DNA of 64,000 nucleotides, from IMG/VR virus record IMGVR_UViG_3300009103_000015, positions 13,877 through 77,876 of that record. The stretch is one strand, 5' to 3'. A program made the translations under genes and the position numbers. Shown piece after piece: positions 40,506 to 50,093 of the stretch. Each line of letters opens with the position of its first letter. Position 1 is the stretch's first letter. This DNA is from a virus. A model generated the notes under the pieces. That model saw only the letters and a program-made list of their open reading frames with translations, had not been told where the DNA came from and made no database searches.

Positions 40506-41798
40506 ATGGTAAAAGAAACAAAAAAGAAAGAAACAAAAAAGAAAGCAACGGTTAAATCAAAGAAAGAAGATAAAGAACCAATGACGGAAAATACAGAAGT
40601 AGAAACAACTGAAACCGAACTCACTGAAACTGAAGTAGAATCAGAAGATGAGGTTAAGAAAAAACTACTTAGAGAAATGCTGACAACGAAAGAAACAAAA
40701 GATCCTGAAGAAGTTGACGAAATTAAAAAACAGGAACTTGAAATCGAAGAATTTGACATAGCAAAACTAGATGGAGTTGGAACTGTTCGTAAGAATAGAT
40801 TGAACGAAGCTGGTATTCATACTGCTATGGATATTGTCACTGCTGGTCCAATGCCTTTGGCAGAACTAACTGGAATGGAAGTTGCTATGACAGAAAAGAT
40901 GGTTAGAAAAGCAAGAGAATTTTTAGAAGCGAGTGGTGCTATTAGAAATTCATTCATGAAGGCAAGTGAACTCAAAGAATACAGAGACACAAAAATAAAT
41001 TCTAAAAGATTGAAAACAGGTTCATCAGCACTTGACAATTTGTTAGGTGGTGGAATAGAACCACAAGCTGTCACAGAGTTCTATGGAGTTTATGGTTGTG
41101 GAAAAACACAGATTTGTCATAGTCTTGCTGTAAGATGTCAATTACCTGAAGATCAAGGTGGTTTGAATGGAGAAGTTGTATGGATAGATACAGAAAACAC
41201 GTTTAGACCAGAACGTATCGCAGACATTGTTTGTGAGAACGAATTGATACCTATCAAAAAACGCAAGAAAGGTGAAAAAGCTATTCCAGAAAATCAAATG
41301 GATTTAGTAAAGTTTTTGGACAGAATAACTGTCGCAAGAGCTTCTAGTGCATCTCATCAGGAATTAGTTTTAGAACAGATGGCACAACAACTCAAACTGG
41401 AATCTGAAGATAAGAAAGATGGAGATCCAAGAATTGTTCTTGTGATTGTTGATTCATTAACAACTCACTTTAGATCAGAATATCTAGGTCGTGGACAACT
41501 TGCTCCAAGACAAGCAGAGTTAGGAAAGTTTCTACATAAAGTATCACGAATAGCAGAAGTGTATAACATTGCTGTTGTTGTGACAAATCAAGTATTATCT
41601 AATCCAGATCCCTTTGGAAATCCAATTCGACCTGTCGGTGGAAACATCGTAGCTCATACTTCAACGTATAGAATTTGGTTAAGAAAAGGAACTAAAGGTA
41701 AAAGAGTAGCAAAGATGGATGATAGTCCAATGCACGCCCAAAACGAAGCAGTCTTTGAATCAGATGTTCGTGGAGTTGTGGATTCAGATGGAACTTGA
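40506..41798 (+). CDS. radA: Archaeal-type RadA recombinase with charged N-terminal extension
   Basis: HhH LDGVG, GGGIEPQAVTEFYGVYGCGKTQ, IDTENTFRPERI, IVDSLTTHFRSEYLGRG, VTNQV, GGNIVAHTSTYRI; GGAG upstream of ATG 40506. Confidence 0.95.
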   Translation: MVKETKKKETKKKATVKSKKEDKEPMTENTEVETTETELTETEVESEDEVKKKLLREMLTTKETKDPEEVDEIKKQELEIEEFDIAKLDGVGTVRKNRLNEAGIHTAMDIVTAGPMPLAELTGMEVAMTEKMVRKAREFLEASGAIRNSFMKASELKEYRDTKINSKRLKTGSSALDNLLGGGIEPQAVTEFYGVYGCGKTQICHSLAVRCQLPEDQGGLNGEVVWIDTENTFRPERIADIVCENELIPIKKRKKGEKAIPENQMDLVKFLDRITVARASSASHQELVLEQMAQQLKLESEDKKDGDPRIVLVIVDSLTTHFRSEYLGRGQLAPRQAELGKFLHKVSRIAEVYNIAVVVTNQVLSNPDPFGNPIRPVGGNIVAHTSTYRIWLRKGTKGKRVAKMDDSPMHAQNEAVFESDVRGVVDSDGT

Positions 41799-41799
41799 T

Positions 41800-41817
41800 A
41801 TTCCTTTCCTTTTTTCT
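41800..41817 (+). terminator. Pyrimidine/oligo-T terminator (similar tracts at ~40479-40491 and ~42711-42727)
   Basis: TTCCTTTCCTTTTTTCT right after the radA stop. Confidence 0.5.
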
Positions 41818-42004
41818 AATGGAGTAATGAAATGGTAGAAACAAATTGCAAAATATGTGAAAGAGAAATTTCAAAACATGATCCTTTAGCTTTGAGAGTT
41901 TGTTTATTGAAAGCTATAAGGGAAATTGAAAGATTACAGTTATCTCGTAAGAAGGTTAGAAAACCAACGAATAACAAAAAACAATAGGAGGTGAAACAAA
42001 AAAA

Positions 42005-42709
42005 ATGAGAGTGAAAAACATAGCACTGTTAAGTATGGTTGCATTGTTAAGTGCAATCACATTGACGGTCACAGCAAACGCAGAGCAGTATGAAATTACT
42101 GGAAGTGATATGCCTTTGATGTTAGAAGTAAAACAATCTGACAAACTACATTTCACAGGTGATCCATCAGGTGTAAAAGGCTTTGAAGCAATAGATAGAA
42201 ATCATCATTGGTTTAATTGTCAATCTGGTTGGGGTGCAGATGAATACGCAGTTTGTGTAATTGACTTTAGTGATTTCGATCTAGGATATCACGAATGGGT
42301 TGATAGAACAACAAAGATCACAGGTAAATTCTATGTGATGGAAGGTGAAACAGCAGAAGTAAAATCTAACACTTCACATCAAGAAGTATCAGCACAAGCA
42401 AAGAACTTCAAAACACAGATAGAAGCAAAAATCAGTGAGAGGATTACTCCCTTAGAAAAAGAAATTGCTGAATTGAAATTACATTTAGCAAATTCTAATG
42501 AGAGAGAAATACTTTATCAGAATCAAATTTCTACACTGAAATCGGAGTTAACAACTGCTAACAATATTGCAGAGGAAAACATAGGTAAGATAGAGGAATT
42601 GAATACTGCAAACGCAACAATAGAACAATACAAGAAAGATGCTGAAAACTGGAAAGCTGTTGCATTAGAACAGTTGAAAGTTATGGCAGAGATTCTAGGA
42701 TTGTTCTAA
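42005..42709 (+). CDS. Secreted protein: signal peptide, beta domain, coiled coil
   Basis: MRVKNIALLSMVALLSAITLTVTANA signal with AxA site; GGAGGTGA SD; heptad C-terminus. Confidence 0.7.
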   Translation: MRVKNIALLSMVALLSAITLTVTANAEQYEITGSDMPLMLEVKQSDKLHFTGDPSGVKGFEAIDRNHHWFNCQSGWGADEYAVCVIDFSDFDLGYHEWVDRTTKITGKFYVMEGETAEVKSNTSHQEVSAQAKNFKTQIEAKISERITPLEKEIAELKLHLANSNEREILYQNQISTLKSELTTANNIAEENIGKIEELNTANATIEQYKKDAENWKAVALEQLKVMAEILGLF

Positions 42710-42856
42710 TCCCTCTTTCTTTTTTTTATGAAATGTCTGAAAAACAAAAATGCCCTCATTGTGCGTATGAACTTCTTGGAGAACAAAAATTGTTTTCAAC
42801 TTGCCCTTATTGTATGAATCCAATCAGATTAACAGATTATGACAAAGAGGTAAATA

Positions 42857-43282
42857 ATGATAATGAAAAATAAAACTATGGACAACGAGATTGTTATAGA
42901 GAAGGGAATGAGAGTAGAACTTCCACCACAATTCGTAAAGTTCTGGAATCTAAAAGAAGGAGATAACGTAATTGTTTACAAAGGAAAAGAAACAGTTATG
43001 CTACTTCCACCTATCAAAACAAATAGGAAAAGACAGAAAAGAGGAAACGTTTCATTACAAGAACAACTTCTTGCAATGATAAACAATGCTGACAAACCAA
43101 TAGAAATGGAACAGCTAATGATTCCAGATAGAGCAAGATCTACAATTCGTGGAAGACTTTCTGAACTTCACAAACAAGGTAAAGTAATCAAGACGTTCAA
43201 TAAAAGAACTGGATTAATTTACTACAAAAAAGTTGAGGAAAAAAACTGGAACGAACCTATGGGAGTGAAAGTAAGTGAGTGA
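42857..43282 (+). CDS. AbrB/SpoVT-like plus winged-helix regulator
   Basis: RVELPPQFVKFWNLKEGDNVIV; ARSTIRGRLSELHKQGKV...GLIYY. Confidence 0.7.
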   Translation: MIMKNKTMDNEIVIEKGMRVELPPQFVKFWNLKEGDNVIVYKGKETVMLLPPIKTNRKRQKRGNVSLQEQLLAMINNADKPIEMEQLMIPDRARSTIRGRLSELHKQGKVIKTFNKRTGLIYYKKVEEKNWNEPMGVKVSE

Positions 43283-44252
43283 TTCCTCAACTCTCGATTC
43301 TTTTTTTACAGAAGAAGAACAGAAAGAACAAAAGAAACAAGAGAAATTAAAAAGTATTGAAAAACAAATAGATTATCATAAGTCATTAGAAGAAGTATCT
43401 GATGTTCTCGATAATGATAAAAATCCTCATTCTAAAATTATAGAAGAAAGAAAAGAAGCCTTTAAGGAATTAAAGAAAACAGATGAACAGAAAAAACTAC
43501 CTGAAGAAAGATTGCATTATGATGAAGATACTAAAGAATGGAAAGAGATTATTCCAGTAGAAGAACAACCTAGTGAAACCAATCTCTTTGTAAATAATAA
43601 TGGAACTCATATAGCAAAACAAGAACTATTGAATTTGAAATGGGGATCAACTCATGTCTATAAAGTTGGAAGTAATTATTATGGATGGGGAGATATGATT
43701 CATAATGATGAAGATAACATAAAACATAATCTAATTAGAATGAGAGAACTTGCAATTAAGAATAAATTTAGTGGATTATACAAAGCATACGATTCAGATA
43801 TGGGAGAACATGAACCAACAATATCAAATGATCTTAAAAAATTATTGAATGATCCACTTAGACAATTCAAAAATAAAGAAGATAAAAGATTGTTTTCAAT
43901 AATATTAGAAGCAAACAAAGTGTATGAAGAACAGGTTTATCAGATATTTGAAGATCATGTAGAATTATGTGATGAGAATATATTACAAAGTATAGAAAAA
44001 TGTGAAGAATCTTTTCCAAAAGATGATGATCAAGAAGATGAAAAACTATACGAAGATCAAGGTTGTGTAGTAATTGAAAGAGAAGAAGGTGAAAGAGTGA
44101 CAGATTCAACTTCAGTAGATGAAAACGGAAATGAGAGTAAAGTAGTAGAAGTAGATGTTGTAGATTACAAAGATGGTAAATTATTAGATAGAGTTATCGC
44201 TAAAAAACAACCAAAGATTCAAGACTTCGATGCAGATTACTTTAATGAATGA
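43275..44252 (+). CDS. Acidic hypothetical protein
   Basis: 325-aa E/D/K-rich ORF. Confidence 0.6.
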   Translation: MSDSSTLDSFFTEEEQKEQKKQEKLKSIEKQIDYHKSLEEVSDVLDNDKNPHSKIIEERKEAFKELKKTDEQKKLPEERLHYDEDTKEWKEIIPVEEQPSETNLFVNNNGTHIAKQELLNLKWGSTHVYKVGSNYYGWGDMIHNDEDNIKHNLIRMRELAIKNKFSGLYKAYDSDMGEHEPTISNDLKKLLNDPLRQFKNKEDKRLFSIILEANKVYEEQVYQIFEDHVELCDENILQSIEKCEESFPKDDDQEDEKLYEDQGCVVIEREEGERVTDSTSVDENGNESKVVEVDVVDYKDGKLLDRVIAKKQPKIQDFDADYFNE

Positions 44253-44668
44253 TGGCAGGGAAGAAATCTTGGATGCACAGAAATTGTGATGCTAATCAAT
44301 TTAGACCTGAACAATATTATTGCTACAAATTACTGTTTGAACTAATGCCACCTAATTTTGAAATAACAATGGAATATCCAGTAAAAGATCTGAAAGATGT
44401 AGATGGAATACTTAGTAAAAATGCTCTATTAGATATCGCTGTAATTTCTAAAGAACATAAAGTTGCATTTCGTCTTAATGGAGAAGTTCATGAAAAGAAA
44501 AGACAGGCAATAAAAGATCAAGATCAAAGAATAATCTTGGAAGGTAATGGTTGGAAAGTTTATGATTTGAATAAATATGATATTCCTGAATTGTGGGATA
44601 GGAAAGCATATACTAAAGAACAGGCAAAAGATGCTCTATTAAGAGAGATAAGAAATGCCAAAGTGTAA
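44249..44668 (+). CDS. Vsr/DUF559-like endonuclease
   Basis: EYPV...LDIAV...VAFRLNGEVH...KDQDQR..LEGNGWKVY. Confidence 0.65.
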   Translation: MMAGKKSWMHRNCDANQFRPEQYYCYKLLFELMPPNFEITMEYPVKDLKDVDGILSKNALLDIAVISKEHKVAFRLNGEVHEKKRQAIKDQDQRIILEGNGWKVYDLNKYDIPELWDRKAYTKEQAKDALLREIRNAKV

Positions 44669-45026
44669 AAAATGTGAAGATGGTAGAGATTACAAATGGG
44701 ACACAGTCTATGGAGAATCAACAGGCAAATGGAGATTGTGGGATTCTGATAGAGAATTACCACATAAATGTTCAGGTAAGAAAAAACCCAAGTTTAAGAT
44801 TAAAACTGAAACATTATGGAAGAAAGACTGGAAGCCTGAAATGGATTTACCTTCTGTGAGACTTTGTGGAATCTGTAATGATGGAACAAAATGTATCGTT
44901 AATGAAGATTGTGAGAGTTGTAAGCCAAGAAAACTATCATGCAAAGAATGGTGTCCTGTATGCAAGAAACATCCAAACATTATTCTCGTCACTTCTGATG
45001 AAAATTCTCGTCTAAAAAATGATTGA
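44655..45026 (+). CDS. Cys-rich Zn-binding protein
   Basis: CKKC...PHKC, CGIC, CESC, CPVC. Confidence 0.6.
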   Translation: MPKCKKCEDGRDYKWDTVYGESTGKWRLWDSDRELPHKCSGKKKPKFKIKTETLWKKDWKPEMDLPSVRLCGICNDGTKCIVNEDCESCKPRKLSCKEWCPVCKKHPNIILVTSDENSRLKND

Positions 45027-45186
45027 TTTTTTCTTGATTTTTTACTCATGAGATTCTTTACTTTATTTATTTTTAGACTGGTAATAAAAAAAATTTTTAA
45101 AATAAAATTATTATTATACAAAGGTTAAGATGCTACGAAGGTAATTTTAATAACTTGGTTAAAGTAAAAAGTAAAAAGTAAAAAAA

Positions 45187-45441
45187 ATGGTTGGCAGACG
45201 TAATGAAATCAGAATGATGCAAAGAATGATAAATCTCATAAAAGAGAAGAAGGTCATACATAATTATGATTTAAGAGAAAAGTTGAATATCTCAAAAAGT
45301 CAATATAATTCAATAAAGCCTGACTTAGAACATCAATTCGATTGGCAGGTGAAGTATGATAAACAATCTAAATGCTGGAGATATGTTGGTGTTGAATCAA
45401 CTTCAGAGATAGAGGAGAAGAAAAAAGGAAATGCATTGTAA
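45187..45441 (+). CDS. Putative winged-helix protein
   Basis: LREKLNISKSQYNSIK...VKYD...WRY. Confidence 0.55.
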   Translation: MVGRRNEIRMMQRMINLIKEKKVIHNYDLREKLNISKSQYNSIKPDLEHQFDWQVKYDKQSKCWRYVGVESTSEIEEKKKGNAL

Positions 45442-45761
45442 GTATAAAGGGTGTAAGATAACTACAAGAAATGGTCATCGACATATTAATTGGGAGAAGT
45501 GGCAGTTGTGTAAAGAACACGCATGGAAATTACACAAGAAAGAATTACCTAAGACATTCATTTCAGGAAGACTTGCAGAACCTAAAAAAATGCAATTCAA
45601 AAAGAAGGAGAATAAGAAATGACATATTGTTCAAATGTGGAACATTATATGTGTCCTGATTGTTTTTGTGTTTATACAAAAAAAGAACTTAGTATTGAAG
45701 AATTAGATCACTTACCTGATTTCAAATGTTGTTGTAAATGCCATGATGGAGATAATGAAGA

Positions 45762-46295
45762 ATGATTACTACTGAAGATATTCAACACGTTATAATAACT
45801 AAAGAGATGTTAGATTATGCTAAAAGTTTAGAGAGAGCAATGCAAATGAACAGAACAAAAGCTTCAGAAGTTGACACTCTCACAGGTTTAATGGGAGAAC
45901 TAGTATTTGCTGAATATTGGTATGGAAACTTTAAGATGGGAAATACGCATGATAACTTAGTAGATAATTTTGGTCAACCAGACTTTGAAGGAAGGTTTGA
46001 AGTAAAAGCATCTTGCTTTCCATTTAGTATGAAACTTAATTTACTCATTAGAGAAGATTATGCAAAGAAAAGAACTCCACCTTTCTATATTCAGATTCTA
46101 TTTGATACAGACAAAAAGGAAATAACAACAGATACATCTGCTTTAATCGTGGGCTACAAAGATGGGGAATTAGCACATAAAGGAGAACTAAAAGAGATGA
46201 GAGGTGTAGAAGGTTTCAAATGCTATCATACAGAGTTTTCAGATCTAGATCCAATAGAGGATTTAGCATGGGTTTTGAAAGGAGGTAATGAATAA
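45762..46295 (+). CDS. PD-(D/E)XK restriction-endonuclease-like protein
   Basis: GLMGELVF...PDF...FEVKAS. Confidence 0.55.
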   Translation: MITTEDIQHVIITKEMLDYAKSLERAMQMNRTKASEVDTLTGLMGELVFAEYWYGNFKMGNTHDNLVDNFGQPDFEGRFEVKASCFPFSMKLNLLIREDYAKKRTPPFYIQILFDTDKKEITTDTSALIVGYKDGELAHKGELKEMRGVEGFKCYHTEFSDLDPIEDLAWVLKGGNE

Positions 46296-46379
46296 TGGGT
46301 CAATGTCAATGTGGTCAATATGTCATGTATTCAAAGATGTGTAGAAGATGTTATAAAAAACAAAGAAAGGAGAAAGATA

Positions 46380-46592
46380 ATGCCTTGCAAAAGTAAATGT
46401 GATAAGTGGAAAGCAAAAAAACCACTTCCACCTTTGACAAGATATTCTGAAGGTCAAAAATATTGTAATACCTGTATGATATTTATTATGTGGAATGGAT
46501 TATACTGTCCATGTTGTAATTACAGACTTAGAGAAAGTCCAAGAAATAGTAAAGTGAAAAGAGCACATAAGGAGTTAATGAATAATGTCTAG
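46380..46592 (+). CDS. Thaumarchaeal-type small Cys-rich protein (paralog 2)
   Basis: CKSKC..KAKKP...RYSEGQKYCNTCMIFIMWNGLYCPCCNYRLRESPRN. Confidence 0.7.
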   Translation: MPCKSKCDKWKAKKPLPPLTRYSEGQKYCNTCMIFIMWNGLYCPCCNYRLRESPRNSKVKRAHKELMNNV

Positions 46593-47262
46593 GCAATTAA
46601 GATTGTTTGATGAAGATCATCAAGATCAGGTAGATGTTGTAAAGAGTATGTGGGATAACAAATATCCATGTCCATGTTGTGATGTAGGAAAATTACATTT
46701 CAGTAAGACTGGACCACAGATAGACAATGATAAAGATTCATTCTTCTATGGTCAACTAGTTGTTAGATTATTCATAAGTTGTGAGAACTGCCATACGAGT
46801 TTTATAAGACATTATAGTAAAGGAGAGTATGATGGAAAGTTCGATTGATAGACCAGATTGGAAAAAAGAATGCTGTGGTGTAAAGTGGAATCTTAATCAT
46901 GTCATAAGATGTCTTCATTGTGGCAACACTTTGAGAGAACAAAGAAAGTTTCCAAAAAAGGTTGTTAATAAAGATCTCGAAGATACTAAAGATACTGTAA
47001 ATACTAAAGGCACAATAGAATGAGCTGGTTTCCTAGCGATTGGATAGCCAAAGAGAATCTCAAAAAACAGAAGAAAGAAGCAAAGCCTAAGAAAGCAAAT
47101 TTTGAAGTTAAGCATAGAACCTCTACTGAACTAAATAGCGATAAGATGAGATGGAAATACCATTGTCCAAATTTATGTCAGCAGAAACCTAATGGATCAA
47201 AAGGCAAAAAAACTTTTGATGGAAAAATTTGTAAAGCTTGCAAATATGAAAAAAAGTCCTAA
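46585..47262 (+). other. Three small Cys-rich ORFs (46585..46848, 46829..47023, 47020..47262)
   Basis: Overlapping start/stop codons, CxxC pairs. Confidence 0.55.
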
Positions 47263-47439
47263 GTTTTATTTACTTAATTTTTACCATTTTTTCTTAAGTA
47301 ATAGTTTGACAATTTAGGAATTTATTAATTTACTAATTACTTAATTTATTACTTAAGAAATTAAGTATTACTTAATCGGTTGAATTTACGGAGGGATTTA
47401 CGGAGTGGTCTTATATCTTACGACCACGTAGTAGTTTTT
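47263..47439. promoter_or_regulatory. AT-rich repeat region plus promoter (possible origin or early switch)
   Basis: TTACTTAA x4 plus reverse copies, 14-bp inverted repeat, 8-1-8 palindrome, ATTTACGGAG x2, TTATAT flanked by GTGGTC/GACCAC. Confidence 0.65.
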
Positions 47440-48033
47440 ATGGCTAAGAAAATTACCATCCAGAATGCTTCCACGAAAACTTCAAGAAAACACGCCAAGA
47501 AAAGTGTTTTCGGTGGGAGAACAATCGGTGATATTCTACTAGAAGCACAGCACAAAAAATCTAATGTCGTTGTCGCTTTTGATAAGCCAACTGAAAGTAT
47601 CTCTGATACTCAAAGTTGTAATGTCAAACTCGTAGTAGAAAATAAATCATCTTCCAAAGTATTTTTTGAAAAGGCACAACAAGAAAAGCAGAAAGAAAAA
47701 CTTAGACAAAAAGAATTGACTAAGTTTGCTAACGAACTGAAAAGAAAATCAATTCAGTTCCAAGCAATGAAAAGAAAACTTGCTAAGAAGAAATCACAAG
47801 AAGCAAGAAAACTTTTACAAGAAACTTGTGAGAACGAAGCACGAAACCTAACCGTTCTATTTATTGCAACAAAGAACGTCGTATCAAGTGTTTCAAAAGT
47901 TGACAATCCATTTGATGTTGTTCAACTAAGTGAAGTCGATGGTTTGATAGAAAACCAAAAAGAAAAGAAAGACGTTAAGAAAGTAGATAACTGTTTTACA
48001 GAAGTTGAACTTCTTAACGCTGGAGTTATCTAA
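47440..48033 (+). CDS. Basic coiled-coil protein
   Basis: ATG 47440 lies 23 nt after TTATAT; K/Q/E-rich. Confidence 0.65.
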   Translation: MAKKITIQNASTKTSRKHAKKSVFGGRTIGDILLEAQHKKSNVVVAFDKPTESISDTQSCNVKLVVENKSSSKVFFEKAQQEKQKEKLRQKELTKFANELKRKSIQFQAMKRKLAKKKSQEARKLLQETCENEARNLTVLFIATKNVVSSVSKVDNPFDVVQLSEVDGLIENQKEKKDVKKVDNCFTEVELLNAGVI

Positions 48034-48771
48034 ATGTCAGCTTCAGTTGTTTGTAATATGTGCAACAAGAAAACTAGTTGCAGAAATTACATGGAGATGG
48101 CAGTCCTTTGTGAGAAATGTATTAAGACAATCGAAAAGAGGGCTTCCAATAAAACAGCAAAAGAAAACTTAGAGAAGTCAAAGAAACTTTCTAAGTCAAA
48201 TAAATCTTCTGAAAGAAAAGAAGGTAAGAAGTTGAAACAGAAAACTGAAAGAAAGGTAAAGAAAGAAGTCGCAAGAACTTCTAAGAAGTTATCAGATAAA
48301 GCACACAGCACAATATATGTTGTTGGAACTAAGGCTTCAGTAAATAAGAAAACAGATCGTGGTCTTAAAAGAAGCACTAGAGTTGCTGACAGAGTTAATG
48401 GTGTTAGCAAAAAGATAACAAGAGTTCAAGAAAGAATAGAGAAAGCAAAACTTCGTATCAAAGCCTACGAAGAAAAGATTGCTAAACTACAACAGAAGGG
48501 TCAGGCTTATTCAGATAAGTTGAATAACTCTGGTAAGACACCTATCGTTATCGCTGGTCTAAATATGCGAAACATAGAAAAACTTTCTAAACAGAAAGTC
48601 ACTCACTTCGGAGTTGATGGTGATGGAACTCAATTAGTCAAAGTAGATGGAAAATGGTATCAATCAACTTTAACTAATGTTGGAGAAACCATGAAACTAT
48701 TAGAACGAGGTGGAAAGATAACTGAAAAGAAAGCAAGACGATCTAACTTGAGAAAGATCGTAGAGGAATAA
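48034..48771 (+). CDS. Very basic protein with N-terminal CxxC...CxxC finger
   Basis: CNMC...CEKC, long K/R-rich helix. Confidence 0.65.
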   Translation: MSASVVCNMCNKKTSCRNYMEMAVLCEKCIKTIEKRASNKTAKENLEKSKKLSKSNKSSERKEGKKLKQKTERKVKKEVARTSKKLSDKAHSTIYVVGTKASVNKKTDRGLKRSTRVADRVNGVSKKITRVQERIEKAKLRIKAYEEKIAKLQQKGQAYSDKLNNSGKTPIVIAGLNMRNIEKLSKQKVTHFGVDGDGTQLVKVDGKWYQSTLTNVGETMKLLERGGKITEKKARRSNLRKIVEE

Positions 48772-48783
48772 ACAATTAGAAAT

Positions 48784-50091
48784 ATGAAAGCAAAAACAAA
48801 AACAAAACAATCCACTCAATCAGGTGGAAGTAGTGGAGAAGTAATGCCTGAAAAGAAAGTGACAATAGTAAAAGAAGCCGAAAATAAAAAAGAAGTGATG
48901 GGCGATTATTTGAAAACCATCGCTGATACTATCTTCGGTGGTAAAGAACTTGATGGAAATGTAAAACGTTCTTGTCAAGCAATTTACCAACAAGAGTTGA
49001 AGAACGGTAGAAGAAAGAATCCTGTCGTTAGTAAAGATGGAAAGATATTAGATCCTTCCAAATTCAAAAGACTAGTGACACGATATACTAAGTTATTGAA
49101 TACTGTTGACAAGACAGATCACCCAGCAGAAGTTTCAGTAGGTTCTTCTAATGGAAGTTCTTCTAATGGAAGTTTAATGTCAGTTCAAGTTCCAGTTGAT
49201 CATACTAAGTATATTGAATTAAACATTCCACACTACGTTGAAGTTCATAGTGAGTTTAAAGTATTTGATGCTCACATGAAAAGTGGTATTCCACTTTTAA
49301 TTCAAGGACCGAAAGGTATTGGTAAGACACTTGGCTTAGCAAAATACGCTGAAAAGAAAAGATGTCCTATCATAGAATATGATTGCTCTGAAGGAACTAA
49401 GAAGTATGATCTTCAAGGAACTAAGACTGGAGTTGCTGGTGGAGTGACTCCATTCGAGTTAGGATTCATTCCAAGAATCATAGAATGTGCTAATCAATTT
49501 GGTATGGCTATTCTTGTTCTCGAAGAACTTAACGCATTAACTCCAGCGATGCAAAAACTTCTAAACCCATTACTCGATTGGAGAAAAGGAATGTATATTC
49601 CAGAGATTGGAAAACGTTTCAAACTTAATGATGGAGTTAAACTTGGTATATTTGCAACAACCAATCCAGCATCTTATCAGGCTTCCAATGATCTTAACGA
49701 AGATCTTCAATCAAGATTCAGTATTTGGAAATGGAATTATCCTAACGTAAGACAAGAAAGAAAAGCAATTCAATGGCGTGGAGTTGATACTAGTATTCAG
49801 AAAGGTATCATGCTACTTGCAAAGAACACCAGAGACTTCGTAGAACAACAGAAGTTATCATACGCATTATCAACTAGAGATATTCAGAAGTTCATTGATG
49901 CCTATGTTTCTTACGAAGAAGATTCCGTAGAAATACTTAGGTTATGTTTAGACATGAATGTTATTTCCTTCTACGACGAAGTCGGTGAGATATCAACAGT
50001 GAAAAGTAGAATTGAATCTGCATTTGGTTCTAACATCTTTACTGCTAAAGGCGACGAAGCATTGGAAAATGCTTCAGATGAGGAATTATAG
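48784..50091 (+). CDS. MoxR-clade AAA+ ATPase (CbbQ/NorQ/CobS-like)
   Basis: Walker A GPKGIGKT, Walker B ILVLEELN, ATTNP sensor 1, LQSRF Arg finger, LSTR sensor 2. Confidence 0.88.
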   Translation: MKAKTKTKQSTQSGGSSGEVMPEKKVTIVKEAENKKEVMGDYLKTIADTIFGGKELDGNVKRSCQAIYQQELKNGRRKNPVVSKDGKILDPSKFKRLVTRYTKLLNTVDKTDHPAEVSVGSSNGSSSNGSLMSVQVPVDHTKYIELNIPHYVEVHSEFKVFDAHMKSGIPLLIQGPKGIGKTLGLAKYAEKKRCPIIEYDCSEGTKKYDLQGTKTGVAGGVTPFELGFIPRIIECANQFGMAILVLEELNALTPAMQKLLNPLLDWRKGMYIPEIGKRFKLNDGVKLGIFATTNPASYQASNDLNEDLQSRFSIWKWNYPNVRQERKAIQWRGVDTSIQKGIMLLAKNTRDFVEQQKLSYALSTRDIQKFIDAYVSYEEDSVEILRLCLDMNVISFYDEVGEISTVKSRIESAFGSNIFTAKGDEALENASDEEL

Positions 50092-50093
50092 AA

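Noticed and set aside
40506-41798. Intein in RadA explaining its length
   Set aside because: Walker A and core motifs are uninterrupted; extra length is an N-terminal extension and short inserts
47380-47439. ORF-track N-terminal extensions (47380, also 40446, 9453, 31298, 24564)
   Set aside because: They run through promoters, terminators or upstream genes; downstream starts fit TATA/SD spacing better
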